Below, one piece after another: positions 7,901-16,325 of a stretch of DNA of 64,000 nt (position 1 is its first letter; every line of letters starts with the position of its first letter). The notes under the pieces are model-generated. The model was given only the letters and a program-made list of their open reading frames with translations, was not told where the DNA came from and made no database searches. The DNA comes from an uncultured bacterium (lineage in GTDB: Bacteria > Patescibacteriota > Minisyncoccia > Phycocordibacterales > GWA1-40-21). Position numbers and translations under genes: made by a program. The stretch is from the NCBI GenBank assembly GCA_963840885.1, contig CAWJAN010000006.1:46601-110600 (forward strand), read 5' to 3'.

Positions 7901-10686
7901 AATGGATTGGCTCCGGGTTCAAGTGGATTCGTACCTGGATCACCATTTGCGCGATTATCATAATTGCTCGAAACATAAGCATAATGACCGTCTATAATAA
8001 TATTTTGCGGATATAATCCGACAGATGTGGTTGCAATCTGAGAAATGTGATTAAAATCGCTATAGCTTGAGATTGCTCCGTTTACGGTCAGGACATTTTC
8101 CGGAGTCGTGGTGCCGATGCCGACATTTCCGCTTGAAGCTATGTACAAAGCGGAACGGCTGGAAGGCGATATAAAATTAGCAATATCGCTTGTCGATGAA
8201 CCGAAAACCTCCAAGCTAGCAGGCTGATTTATGGCGCTTGTATTTACAGACATGAAATTATTGTTCGGGCCAATGGCTGCAAAATAGTTTCCGCCGAAAG
8301 CTATGGCGTTCAACGGCGTAGATTCTGTAAAACTTTTTGTTGTCCAATCATTGCCATTTAAAGATTCACCGAATTCTTCGGGATTTCCGACTGCTATAAA
8401 CGTGCCGTTGCCATATGCAATGGAACTCCAAGAATCAATTGTAGGTGAATTGCCTAGAGACCAATTTATTCCGTCAGAAGAAGTGGCAAACCTGTTATGG
8501 CCTAAGGAATCGCTTCCTATAAGAATAAACATATTGTTGCCATAAACAATGGCCGTTCCACTGTTCATGGGTGATGGCACGTTTTCTGCAGTCCAGTTTA
8601 TTCCATCTGAAGACTCAATCGTATGCGAGTTATTGTTAGTTCCGACAAAAATTCCATTTGCATAAATGAAAGATGACCAGTTGGCTGCTGATGTTGGAAG
8701 ACTGCTTGTGGCCCAGTTAATACCGTCCGAAGAAGTGGCGAATTGATCGCCGCCCAGGGCGACAAACATGCCGTTGCCGTATGCAATTTGCCAAGCCCAA
8801 GTAAAATACGACGGATGCGGAGGCGGCATAGTTCCGCCAGTCCAGCTTATACCATCAGAAGAAACCGCTACATGATCACCGTTTGTACCAGCAGCTATAA
8901 ATTTACCATTCCCGTATATTAACGTTTCCCAATAATCTGATTCCGGCATGGTTCCTGATGTCCAATTTATTCCGTCGGAAGAGATTGCCAAATTGCTGCC
9001 ATTGCCGGTCGCTACAAATTTGCCATTTCCGTAGGCAATAGCGAGCCAATCGCTATTGGAGACAGGGAGAGTTCCCGTAGCAAGATTGCTTCCTTCAATA
9101 GGCTCGTGAGAATTGCCTGCTTTCACTCCGCCGGAATCATAATAAATATTCGAGCCTGAGGTCGTCCACTGTGAAAGAGACGAGCTTGCGGTAAAAACAT
9201 TCCCATTTGAATCCACACTAAGTAAGCCGCTTGAAATACCGGGAAGGGTTAATCCGAATAATGTGGTTGTTCCGGTAACGGATAGTGCTGACTCAGGTGT
9301 TGTAGTGCCGATACCTATGCGGCCGTCAGCGCCAATATAGAATACTGAAGCGGATGTCGATGAGAAAAAACTGGCGATTGTGCTTGTTCCTTGCCCGAAT
9401 ACCTGGAATGTATATGCGCCAGATGATGTTGTGGTGGATGTTGTGGTAGTGGAAATCCTTACAACAGAAATATCGCTGTCATCATCATTTGCGGTATAGG
9501 CATAATCGCCGGAAATAGCGATATCGAGCGGAAAACTGCCTACTGAAACTGTCGCACTCACTGATGGAGATGAAGGGCTGGAAATATCCAAGACTGAAAT
9601 CGTATCATCGCTACCATTCACAAGATAGGCATGCGTGCCGGAAATAGCAATGCCGCGGGGATGATTTCCAACGTTCACATCGGCAATATCGCTCGGCGAA
9701 AGCGGATTTGATATATTGATGACAGAAATCGCATCACTATTAACATCGGCTACATAGGCATAATTGCCGGAAATCGCTATGCCGTATGGGCTAGATCCCC
9801 CAGGAAGCACTGCTGTAGTGACCTCAACCGGAGCAAGCGGATTTGAAATATCTACAACGGAAACATCATCATCATCGGAGTTGGTCACATAGGCATAGTT
9901 GCCGGAAACAGCAACATCAAGAGGTGAACCGCCGACCGAAGTCGTAGCAACTTGAATTGGAGCAAGCGGATTTGAAATATCTATAACAGACATTATACTA
10001 TCGGACTCATCAGCAATATAAGCGTAATTACCGGATATTGCGATGCCTAGAGCCGTATCATAATTATTCGGATCATTACCAACAGTCGTCGTAGCGACTT
10101 GGACAGGAGCTGAAGGATTTGAAACATCAATGACAGAAAGATTGCTTGCGCCATTTGTAACATATGCATAGTTGCCGGAAACTGCGACATAGTATGAGTA
10201 ATCACCTGAATCACCTACGCTCGTCGTGGCTGTCTCGATTGGAGAGAGAGGATTTGAAACATCAAAAATGGAAAATACCGCATTGCAATTATCGGCAACA
10301 TAAACATGGTCACCTGAAGCCGCAATCCCCCATGGGCATGCATTGCCATTGTCTGTCTGAGCCGTGGTGTTTTCAACAGGAGACGCAATATAATCTACTG
10401 TCGTGGTAGAGCCGGTAGTAAAAAATGAATTCGTCGATGTGCCGACAGCAAAGTTTCCTACATTGAAAAGATTCTGATTATTTAAATCGATTGTAGATGT
10501 AGCTCCTGTAAAAGGTATAAATGTGGAAAAAAGGCTCACGCCGCAGTTCGATGTTCCCATCACGCAATCCGGATTCAGCGTTTCACCAGGAGTATAAACC
10601 GAAGCAGAAGCAAAAGTAAAAAATGCAAATATGAAATATATTGCAAATAATACAGAAGAAGTGAATTTTCTAAAGGAAATATTCAT
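1945..10686 (-). CDS. Giant secreted repeat protein of 2913 aa. It contains several blocks of LVIVD-type beta-propeller repeats, tail-fibre-like 'NVGIGTSTP' repeats and a duplicated Gly-rich module. A C-terminal intramolecular-chaperone/autoprocessing domain (peptidase S74-like) is followed by an S/T/D-rich tail.
   Basis: ORF track with an N-terminal signal peptide. Recurring LVIVD signature YAYV(A/T)...SVxDISNPxxPxxxATTxVG appears more than 20 times. 'LAVDxNGNVxATTxxSGSSQWTSTSSNIYYxxGNVGIGTSTP' appears at least three times. The C-terminal segment SDERLKNIDGDFTLGLD..INYHWN..TGFSAQNVQSVIPEAV..PIIAALVNAVKEI matches the endosialidase/tailspike chaperone-domain consensus (SDxRLKxNI...Y.W...GfiAQEV..V.PE.V...ALv.AiKEL). 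Confidence 0.9.
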   Translation of the reverse strand: MNISFRKFTSSVLFAIYFIFAFFTFASASVYTPGETLNPDCVMGTSNCGVSLFSTFIPFTGATSTIDLNNQNLFNVGNFAVGTSTNSFFTTGSTTTVDYIASPVENTTAQTDNGNACPWGIAASGDHVYVADNCNAVFSIFDVSNPLSPIETATTSVGDSGDYSYYVAVSGNYAYVTNGASNLSVIDVSNPSAPVQVATTTVGNDPNNYDTALGIAISGNYAYIADESDSIMSVIDISNPLAPIQVATTSVGGSPLDVAVSGNYAYVTNSDDDDVSVVDISNPLAPVEVTTAVLPGGSSPYGIAISGNYAYVADVNSDAISVINISNPLSPSDIADVNVGNHPRGIAISGTHAYLVNGSDDTISVLDISSPSSPSVSATVSVGSFPLDIAISGDYAYTANDDDSDISVVRISTTTTSTTTSSGAYTFQVFGQGTSTIASFFSSTSASVFYIGADGRIGIGTTTPESALSVTGTTTLFGLTLPGISSGLLSVDSNGNVFTASSSLSQWTTSGSNIYYDSGGVKAGNSHEPIEGSNLATGTLPVSNSDWLAIAYGNGKFVATGNGSNLAISSDGINWTSGTMPESDYWETLIYGNGKFIAAGTNGDHVAVSSDGISWTGGTMPPPHPSYFTWAWQIAYGNGMFVALGGDQFATSSDGINWATSSLPTSAANWSSFIYANGIFVGTNNNSHTIESSDGINWTAENVPSPMNSGTAIVYGNNMFILIGSDSLGHNRFATSSDGINWSLGNSPTIDSWSSIAYGNGTFIAVGNPEEFGESLNGNDWTTKSFTESTPLNAIAFGGNYFAAIGPNNNFMSVNTSAINQPASLEVFGSSTSDIANFISPSSRSALYIASSGNVGIGTTTPENVLTVNGAISSYSDFNHISQIATTSVGLYPQNIIIDGHYAYVSSNYDNRANGDPGTNPLEPGANPFAVVDISNPAAPRQIATTTVGGASSIGLAKSGHYVYVVNNGEFDHDISVMDVANPSDPKLIATSSVYGTYPAGIAISGHYAYVTDGGLSGDGNTISVFDISNPYAPSIIATTTVGFGPAGIAISGNYAYVTNGGDLTGVRGTTISVVDISNPHSPVEIATTTVGYVPTSISVSGSYAYVANFQGDSMSVVDISNPYAPFPVATTTVGSGAAPIDITVSGDYAYTANQQDNSISVINISNPLSPYLIGNIKTSTWCQGVAVSGNYVYSANSEFNSDTFAAGSISVVDIGGITAEGLEAGSIEAGTVNVSRGINIQDFLNVGTTLSVGSGGILSNGAISVSGTNTISYFAGNLGIGTTTPATALSVVGTSTTQGLNISNLSNTFLAVDANGNVTATTAPSGSSQWTSTSSNIYYSVGNVGIGTSTPDASLTISGSISNYITGINYSSLSPADIGTAQGGTAYIVPSPTGIGDALDDEATGTLTYIGDYDFKVYGYKLINGIKVPSQNYVDIPFTSTSSGPYAIDVSWNAVSGVDGYRVVVDDPNFSNHAVYTASTSIVYDEGNTPGIENFLYEYWAGPTDVTVYGKYLYATNNEGGSVSIFDNSNTASPVEVAAIAVGSFPQDIQVINNYLYVLNSGDSTVSVIDISSPKSPKSITTFSTQGGYSQKMVIKKENNHSYLYISNQENPPESDSTVSSVSVFDITSGTNPVFITKVSDGGNQAFGLAMSADNNYLYEANWGNLGSGTIPDSISTFDISSSSNPVLVATTTTPAGSNPSCMVVSGSYLYTSYQYIDSHSTLGQMAVFDISSSSNPIQIATTTVDINPQDISVSGNYAYLVNAESGTMSVVDISSSTNPITLDSVGAGAAPQGLAVFGNHAYVGAFGSNDITVIDLGNDFFNSIGFTTNGSLAVTSSSSSYLLGNFGIGTMNPIGMFEIDGKDSNNIANFVSSSSQSLFFIGGDGHIGLGTTIPTAQFEIDAIDGGAIANFVSSSSQSVLYVSSDGSVGVGTSTPAYPLDVNGIVNAADFYKNGMPVFSDQFLKLSQSSVQVDVLVVAGGGGGGSNGGGGGGAGGVVSTTTDIVGSQTITVGDGGSPGNNGDDSSILSITAIGGGAGGSYGGSGNTGGSGGGEAGSGGTGSAGTAGQGNKGGDNPGGNPQGSGGGGAGAAGTDSTGSNDPAGGVGTSSSISGTPTYYGGGGGGGGYDGGPSPAGDGGNGGGGAGGYVGASSGSDATTNTGGGGGGGAAANGTGGAGGSGVVIIRYLTPVSGDGTGGTITHDGAYTVHTFTSSGTFVAPAGSAVNTKYISLTSSSSLFNFDSGIVTPSLNISGLSNTLLAVDSNGNVVATTSSGGSSQWTSTSSDIYYDLGNVGIGTSTPSEALDVAGNVYASGDIVSNSSLGLSGIASSSLISSFDILAVAGGGGGGSNGGGGGGAGGVVSTTTDIVGSQTITVGDGGSPGNNGDDSSILSITAIGGGAGGSYGGSGNTGGSGGGEAGSGGTGSAGTAGQGNKGGDNPGGNPQGSGGGGAGAAGTDSTGSNDPAGGVGTSSSISGTPTYYGGGGGGGGYDGGPSPAGDGGNGGGGAGGYVGASSGSDATTNTGGGGGGGAAANGTGGAGGSGVVIIRYLTPVSGDGTGGTITHDGAYTVHTFTSSGMFTPPAATSSITKSITLDNGVFSLDTGLITYGNVGLGTSTPSALLTVSGTLQFSSLGSAGATLITDSLGNVTVSSDERLKNIDGDFTLGLDAVKGLTPINYHWNAISGLDMTNQYTGFSAQNVQSVIPEAVATDSRGYLTLADRPIIAALVNAVKEIGSFISSVGDGLAHLTGIAIGTSQSPEGITMYDQITGQPYCIIISNGILTNVVGACQLQSTSSIQISSSDSVASDTTEIQSSDASSTDDASTTTTSTSSSDTIATSTSTSTTSSDDASTSTDDSIVSTSTSDTSSNDASLATSTDDTATSSDATSTDTADSSSDATSTDTTASSTDSGN
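2941..4763. repeat. Tandem direct duplication inside the giant gene. The period is 1089 bp, and about 734 bp are nucleotide-identical (2941..3674 and 4030..4763).
   Basis: Identical sequence blocks are visible, for example ggttcctccggttccgtctccgctcactggagtcaaatatctgatgattacgacgcc at 2999 and 4088. Two byte-identical spurious plus-strand ORFs sit at 3150..3497 and 4239..4586, offset by 1089 bp. The encoded identical segment is about 245 aa, running from AGGGGGGSNGG to GVVIIRYLTPVSGDGTGGTITHDGAYTVHTFTSSG. Confidence 0.9.
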
Positions 10687-10703
10687 GACGTATTTATTGG
10701 ATA

Positions 10704-10709
10704 TATTAT
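10704..10709 (-). promoter_or_regulatory. Candidate -10 element (TATAAT) about 20 nt upstream of the giant gene ATG.
   Basis: The minus-strand sequence upstream of the ATG at 10686 reads ...ttattgcTATAATatatccaataaatacgtcATG. No convincing -35 box or Shine-Dalgarno sequence is present. Confidence 0.25.
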
Positions 10710-10762
10710 AGCAATAAATAAAAAATTTTCACTAACCAATGAATGGAGAAATTATTTATTCC

Positions 10763-13700
10763 TTACACCACCAAATTCTCATTCACAATCCCTCCTTTCA
10801 GGTCTACAACGGGAGATTTGAAGGCTTCCGTGTAAGATTCATCATCGTTCTTCCTATCGATCTTCAGATAGTATCTTCCTTGGGGGAGAAGGATGTAATA
10901 TCTGCCGTATTTGTCTGCGATTTTCTTGGCGATAGGAGAATCATCCTGGCCTTCCCTGTAGATCTTGATTACTGCAAATGAGAGCGGCAGGCCTGTTTTG
11001 GAATCCTTGATCGTTCCAGCTTTCTTCGTCCTGAAGACGACATAGTTCAGGAGATACGCGATGACATAGAGGCCGGCAACGATGAGGTTGTAAGGCGCTG
11101 GAGCGAAGATGAGGGCGATGAGCGCGACGAAAGCGCCGATGACGAAGAGCAGATCATATATCCTTGACCAGATTACTGTGGAACCTTTGGTGAAAGTATT
11201 CATGTTTGCCCTGTTCTTGGCGAACTCGTTCCAGTCGAATTTCAAAGGATCCATCGGGATATTCTTGGTGATGATTTCTCCGAGAGATCCGATGACGAGC
11301 TCTTCTCCGTGATAGAGGTCGTTGTAAACGTCGTCGAATGTGCCGAGAATCTTCTTTGACGGGAAAGAATAGTTGGTCTTCTGGGCCATGATCCTGTACT
11401 TGCCGGGCATTACGAGGAATCCGTATCTGCCGTCGAGGTCCGTGATTGCGGTGGCTGCGGTTTTGTTGGTCGCGATATCGATGAGCGTCACGTAAGCCGG
11501 ATCGAGAGGACGCTTCGTTACGGAATCATATACTGTTCCCCATTTTCTCTGCTTTTTCTTCAGGCCTAAGGATTCGGATAGCAAGCCGAAGAATCTTGCC
11601 GGTATGGTCCAGGTTTCAGACCAGGTCAGGGGGTTAACGAAAAGAAGCGCGGCTGAATATGCGATGCCTCCGATGACAAGGCCGACGGTCGAGATTACTT
11701 TGACCACTATGGAACCGACAGGATCGTTTACGGTAGAGCTTGCCATTCTGATTATTGGATTTAATGTATCCGATATTCCCTTGATGGCATTGTTGAAAGA
11801 TTGAGAATTCGATACTGGTGCCGTTGGTGCGGGAGTTGGAGTCGGAGTTGGCGCAGGTGCTGGAGTTGGCAAAGGTGTTGGCACAGGAGTTGGCAAAGGT
11901 GTTGGCGTAGGGGTTGGTGTCGGAGGTTCAGGAGGAACGACTGGAAGAGGTTCGGTCTGGCATCCGAGGATGTCATTGGCTTTCTTCCTTGAATAGTATC
12001 CGAAGTTTCCTGTTCCGCTTGAAAGTCCGTATGGAGAGAGGATGTCGCTTGCATATGCGTTCTGGAAATTGGTGACTGAATCTGCAGTTACTGTTCCGTA
12101 ATATTCCATCTCGGAACCTAGTGTTTCCGGACCGCTTGTGGCCTGATCGAATCCGTTGGTGTTCAGGAATATCTGGAGATCCTTAACGTCAGGATCAGAT
12201 GTTCCCGGCATGAGGTTCTTGGTGAAGCAGAATCCTTTAGGCAATGTCGGAGGGATGATTACTGGAGGGGTTGAGGTTGCAGGCGTGGTTGTTGCGGGGG
12301 TGGTGGTTGGAACGATAGGAGGTTCGGTTGAACCGCCGGATGGGCCTGTATATGGAGGCAAAACCGGTGTAGGCAGAGTCGTGGTTGCTCTTCTTCCGTG
12401 TGGACGATGGGGAAACAGCCAGTTGACGTCTGAGCCTCCGTCTACACAGCCGTTAGTGCAGTCGAAGGCGTCAGCGGAAAGATTGGTTGAGCCTGAGACA
12501 TCTAAAAATGAAAATGAAGATGTGCCTGAACCGGTTTGCAGTATATTGAAAGGAACTATAGCTGGTGGAGAAAACTTTTGAACATCGCCGCCATTATGCC
12601 CGTAGTCGGCAACATATATATTGTTATTCGAATCAACCGTTAATTGCGTAGGATTGGAAAATTGTCCATCGCTAGTCGTGCCGAATGTGCCGAATTGGCT
12701 AATCAATGAAAGATCCGAATCAAGCTTAACGACATTATGATTGCCTGAATCGGATACATATAAATATCCGTTTGAATCTACGGCTACGCCGTATGGTGAG
12801 CTGACATCTGTATATGAAGAAACGTAAGAAAGGTCGGATACATTAAATTTTACGATTCGATTATGCCCAGTATCGGCAAGATAAATAAAAGTTCCCGCCG
12901 GATCAACGGCGAGCGAACCGCTAGTCGAATTAAAGCTGAAACCTTGGCTGTTGGCGGAAGTGGTTGATGCAATAAGGTTAAAATTTGAATCCAATTTCAA
13001 TATTCCGCCGGTTGGGCCGTAATTGCTGGTGACATATATATTGCCGGATGAATCAACGGCAATGCCTCCGGAAATACCGGTGCTCTGAACTGATGGAATC
13101 GTAGTGATATCCGGGGAAGATATCAAAAAATTACCGCTGGGATCAAATTCCATAATTTTATTACTCGATCCGTTCGCTACGTACAAATTATCCGAAATAT
13201 CAGTGGATAATTGCACCGGATCAGAAAGCGAACTTGTCGCAATGGTGTTTATCAAATTGCCGGAACTGTCGAATTCTTTTATATAATTTCCAAAATAATC
13301 CGAAACATAGATATTATCTGCCGAATCATGGGCTACTCCAAAGGTTAAGCTAAGCGATGATAACAATTCGCTATTAAATTGAGGAATGGAAGCCCCTCCA
13401 GTATTTATTGAAAGAAGATTGCCAGAGCTTCCGGACAGAGAAATGCTGCCGGATATGGTTGTCGTGGCAGTCTGATCGAATAAAAGCGATGAGCCCGATG
13501 ATGAAAACTTGGTCAAATTAGGAAATGTGTTTGAACCGGAAATGGTTTGGGAGGATGTTCCTGTAAAATTAACCGTGCCTGAAGAGCTTGCGCTCGTATC
13601 TTCAAGTATTCCGCCTGTATTCGACCAATTGCCATAAACATTCAGTATATATCCGTTTAAATCAAGAGTTCCTCCGTCTACTAAAACAAGACTGCGAATA

Positions 13701-15079
13701 TTTTCATCCTGATAAAGTGTGACTGTTCCGGTGCTTATCGTCGCATCACTCGTCTCATCTGTCGATGTCGATATAAAATTTATTGCTCCCCCACCTGTTA
13801 TAAGCGTTCCGCCGGTGTTTATAAAATTCCACCAATGGCCGCTAAAATTTAATGTGTAAGATGACAGGTCTAGCGTTCCTCCGGATGCCAAAATAAGGCT
13901 ATTAACATTTTGATCTTGGGTCAGGTCGATAGTCCCAGTATTTATAGTTGCGCTGTCGGAAGATCCAGGAAAATCAATGCCTTCAACGGGAACATACCCT
14001 GATGGAAGCACGAGTCCGTTATAGGTGGTCGAAGCGGTGCCGTCCGGATTAACGACGGTTATATTATTGTTATGAGCATCGGTAACATAAATATATCCTG
14101 ATGTCGTGAGAGCCATACCAAAAGGCTGAGAAAATCCGAATGAAGAATAAGTTGTCGAAGCGGTGCCGTCCGGATTGTAGACCACGATACGATGCGATCC
14201 ATTGGATTCCAATGCGTATATATCTCCCGATGAGGAGAGTGCCACGTTTTCAGGGACGAAAAGTCCGCTGCCGTTATAGCTTGTCGAAGCGGTGCCGTCC
14301 GGATTTAAGATATCAATGCGGTTATTCGAAGCATCGGCAACATATATTTCTCCTGAAGGCGAAAAAGTTATGCCGAAAGGATATATCGGAGCCAGGCTTC
14401 CTCCGTCATAGCTTGTGGATGCTGTGCCGTCCGGATTTAAGATGACAATTCTGTTATTGCCTTCATCGGATACATAAATATCTCCGGATGGGGAAACTAT
14501 TACGTATCTAATATTGCTAAAAGGGGCCAGGCTTCCGCCGTTATAGCTTGTCGAAGCGGTGCCGTCCGGATTTAGGACAACGATTCTATTATTTGAAGCG
14601 TCTACTATGTACATTTCTCCTGACGGTGAGAGATTTATTCCTACGGGACCGATTGGAGCCAAGCTTCCGCCGTTATAGCTTGTGGATGCTGTGCCGTCCT
14701 GGTTCAGGACTACTATTCTATTATGTCCGTTATCAGCTATGTATATTTCTCCAGAGGTAGATGAAATCGCCAAATTATAAGGAGCGCTAAAACCAATTAA
14801 TCCTCCGTTTGTTCCCCAGGTAGTGGTGCTATTCCAGTCACCGCCTGAGCTTGTGTTGAAGGCGGTTGAAAAATTATTGCTGGAATTTGAAACGAATATC
14901 TTTTTAAAATTTTCGTTAGAAAATAAAAAAACTGCTGAAATTATTAAAATTATGAGTAGGAATATTGAAATAAATCCTGCTGGTTTCGCCTTTATTTCTG
15001 TAAATTTCATTTGGTGGATTAGGATTATTATTGCTACGGTGTTTATTATAATAGATTTTATAATAAAGACACTAATCAC
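10763..15079 (-). CDS. Large secreted surface protein of 1438 aa. It has two blocks of NHL-type beta-propeller repeats, a PT-rich linker and a putative peptidoglycan-binding-like segment. The conserved C-terminal multi-TM anchor module is shared with the 250..1941 product.
   Basis: NHL repeat signature SPSGE(I/M)Y(I/V)(A/S)DxxNNRIV(V/I)LNPDGTASTSY appears at least six times, and a second block reads IYVSDYFGNYIKEFDSSGN / LYVADTGHNRIVKF / LYVSDSGNHNVVKL. The linker is PTPTPTPTPLPTPVPTPLPTPAPAPTPTPTP. 'DVKDLQIFLNTNGF...YYGTVTADSVTNFQNAYASDIL' resembles a PG_binding_1 domain. The C-terminal module aligns with the 563-aa protein. Confidence 0.9.
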   Translation of the reverse strand: MISVFIIKSIIINTVAIIILIHQMKFTEIKAKPAGFISIFLLIILIISAVFLFSNENFKKIFVSNSSNNFSTAFNTSSGGDWNSTTTWGTNGGLIGFSAPYNLAISSTSGEIYIADNGHNRIVVLNQDGTASTSYNGGSLAPIGPVGINLSPSGEMYIVDASNNRIVVLNPDGTASTSYNGGSLAPFSNIRYVIVSPSGDIYVSDEGNNRIVILNPDGTASTSYDGGSLAPIYPFGITFSPSGEIYVADASNNRIDILNPDGTASTSYNGSGLFVPENVALSSSGDIYALESNGSHRIVVYNPDGTASTTYSSFGFSQPFGMALTTSGYIYVTDAHNNNITVVNPDGTASTTYNGLVLPSGYVPVEGIDFPGSSDSATINTGTIDLTQDQNVNSLILASGGTLDLSSYTLNFSGHWWNFINTGGTLITGGGAINFISTSTDETSDATISTGTVTLYQDENIRSLVLVDGGTLDLNGYILNVYGNWSNTGGILEDTSASSSGTVNFTGTSSQTISGSNTFPNLTKFSSSGSSLLFDQTATTTISGSISLSGSSGNLLSINTGGASIPQFNSELLSSLSLTFGVAHDSADNIYVSDYFGNYIKEFDSSGNLINTIATSSLSDPVQLSTDISDNLYVANGSSNKIMEFDPSGNFLISSPDITTIPSVQSTGISGGIAVDSSGNIYVTSNYGPTGGILKLDSNFNLIASTTSANSQGFSFNSTSGSLAVDPAGTFIYLADTGHNRIVKFNVSDLSYVSSYTDVSSPYGVAVDSNGYLYVSDSGNHNVVKLDSDLSLISQFGTFGTTSDGQFSNPTQLTVDSNNNIYVADYGHNGGDVQKFSPPAIVPFNILQTGSGTSSFSFLDVSGSTNLSADAFDCTNGCVDGGSDVNWLFPHRPHGRRATTTLPTPVLPPYTGPSGGSTEPPIVPTTTPATTTPATSTPPVIIPPTLPKGFCFTKNLMPGTSDPDVKDLQIFLNTNGFDQATSGPETLGSEMEYYGTVTADSVTNFQNAYASDILSPYGLSSGTGNFGYYSRKKANDILGCQTEPLPVVPPEPPTPTPTPTPLPTPVPTPLPTPAPAPTPTPTPAPTAPVSNSQSFNNAIKGISDTLNPIIRMASSTVNDPVGSIVVKVISTVGLVIGGIAYSAALLFVNPLTWSETWTIPARFFGLLSESLGLKKKQRKWGTVYDSVTKRPLDPAYVTLIDIATNKTAATAITDLDGRYGFLVMPGKYRIMAQKTNYSFPSKKILGTFDDVYNDLYHGEELVIGSLGEIITKNIPMDPLKFDWNEFAKNRANMNTFTKGSTVIWSRIYDLLFVIGAFVALIALIFAPAPYNLIVAGLYVIAYLLNYVVFRTKKAGTIKDSKTGLPLSFAVIKIYREGQDDSPIAKKIADKYGRYYILLPQGRYYLKIDRKNDDESYTEAFKSPVVDLKGGIVNENLVV

Positions 15080-15181
15080 TTGCGAATATTAGGCCGCTGA
15101 AACTGTATAGGAAAGATTAAATCATATCCCGGCATTTATATTACTGCGTTTCATGATGCCATGATATAATTTAAACTTATT

Positions 15182-15541
15182 ATGGAAACGCAAGCCACAG
15201 GCATTTGTCCCGTTTGCCACGAGCCGGTAAGGCCGGAATATTATTTTTGCCCGAATTGCGGGACAAAATTAAAACGAGCTCCGCTTCCAGTATCGATGGC
15301 GGAACAAATCAAAATATATGCTCACAGCATAATCCTTCCCTGGATTCTTTTTATTACCGTATCGAAATGGAAAGGGGTAGAATATATGAAATCAAAAGAT
15401 ATCAAAGAAAAGCAAATCGGCATCATTGCCTGCGTTCTATTAGCTCTCTCTACGATTATTACGATTTGGATGGCTTACGTTTTTACGCAGCAAATGATTC
15501 AATCCTCGATAGATAGTATCAACGCTGATCTGAATTTTTAA
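15182..15541 (+). CDS. Zinc-ribbon membrane protein, hypothetical.
   Basis: CPVCHEPVRPEYYFCPNCGTKL four-Cys ribbon followed by two hydrophobic helices. An AT-rich upstream region is present. Confidence 0.5.
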   Translation: METQATGICPVCHEPVRPEYYFCPNCGTKLKRAPLPVSMAEQIKIYAHSIILPWILFITVSKWKGVEYMKSKDIKEKQIGIIACVLLALSTIITIWMAYVFTQQMIQSSIDSINADLNF

Positions 15542-15669
15542 ATATTCAAACTCACCCATGTATCGAAAAACCCGGAGCAGTCCGGGTTTTTCTATCATTA
15601 GTAACGTCGCAGATGATGTTAGAGCTATTTTTTAAAGAAAAAATGACGCTACAATTTACATTCCTATTT

Positions 15670-16116
15670 TTACTTCACAACTTGTAATACCCAAATAAGT
15701 AAAATAAGAGCGTAGAGATTTATGAGTAAAGTTCGCAGCCAGTGTGTCCTCAAAATCTTTGCAAGATATGGACTTTGGGAGCCGAGAATATCTTTGCTCA
15801 ATTTAGCTTGCCATTGTCCCCAAAATAATATCGTAAAAAAAATGGATAATGCTTGCGCAAGAAAAGTTCCCCATATTGCCCAAAGAGGCGAACCGGCAGG
15901 ATGATACCAAAAAAGTATAATGGAACCAATAAGAGCTAGAGCTACCGGAGTGAAAATCCAATATGGAAGTTTTCTCCAATGCACTTCTTGAACTTTTTGA
16001 AAATCAACACCGACTAACTTCCACGAACGGAAAATATCAACTTCCATTGCCCAAATAGTTCCAACGTTGTAAAAACCAAGTGCAAGATTTATGATAAGAA
16101 ATGTCAACGGATTCAT
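15670..16116 (-). CDS. Integral membrane protein, hypothetical.
   Basis: ORF with about four hydrophobic helices. Confidence 0.45.
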   Translation of the reverse strand: MNPLTFLIINLALGFYNVGTIWAMEVDIFRSWKLVGVDFQKVQEVHWRKLPYWIFTPVALALIGSIILFWYHPAGSPLWAIWGTFLAQALSIFFTILFWGQWQAKLSKDILGSQSPYLAKILRTHWLRTLLINLYALILLIWVLQVVK

Positions 16117-16187
16117 AAATTAAATTTTATCAGGGTGGAACCGAAAAATCAAAGCCGGATATAGCTTAATTTCCAAAAAACATCGCT

Positions 16188-16260
16188 GGGTGCCTAACCG
16201 GATTCGGACCGGTGATAACGGATCCACAGACCGTTGTGTTACCACTACACCATAGGCACC
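16188..16260 (-). tRNA. tRNA-His (anticodon GTG) with an extra G-1. CCA is not encoded.
   Basis: The reverse complement is G-GTGCCTA..TGGTGTAGTGGTAACACA..ACGGT CTGTGGA TCCGT..CCGGTCCGAATCCGG..TAGGCACC-C. G-1 pairing with C73 is characteristic of tRNA-His. Confidence 0.85.
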
Positions 16261-16325
16261 ATATCGTTAAATCATAGATTTAACAGGATTGAATATAACA
16301 GATTTCTTCTTTTAATCAAAATAAT

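Noticed and set aside
11604-12581. Several 60–140-aa ORFs on both strands inside 10763..15079
   Set aside because: They overlap the NHL-protein gene and arise from PT-linker and repeat low complexity.
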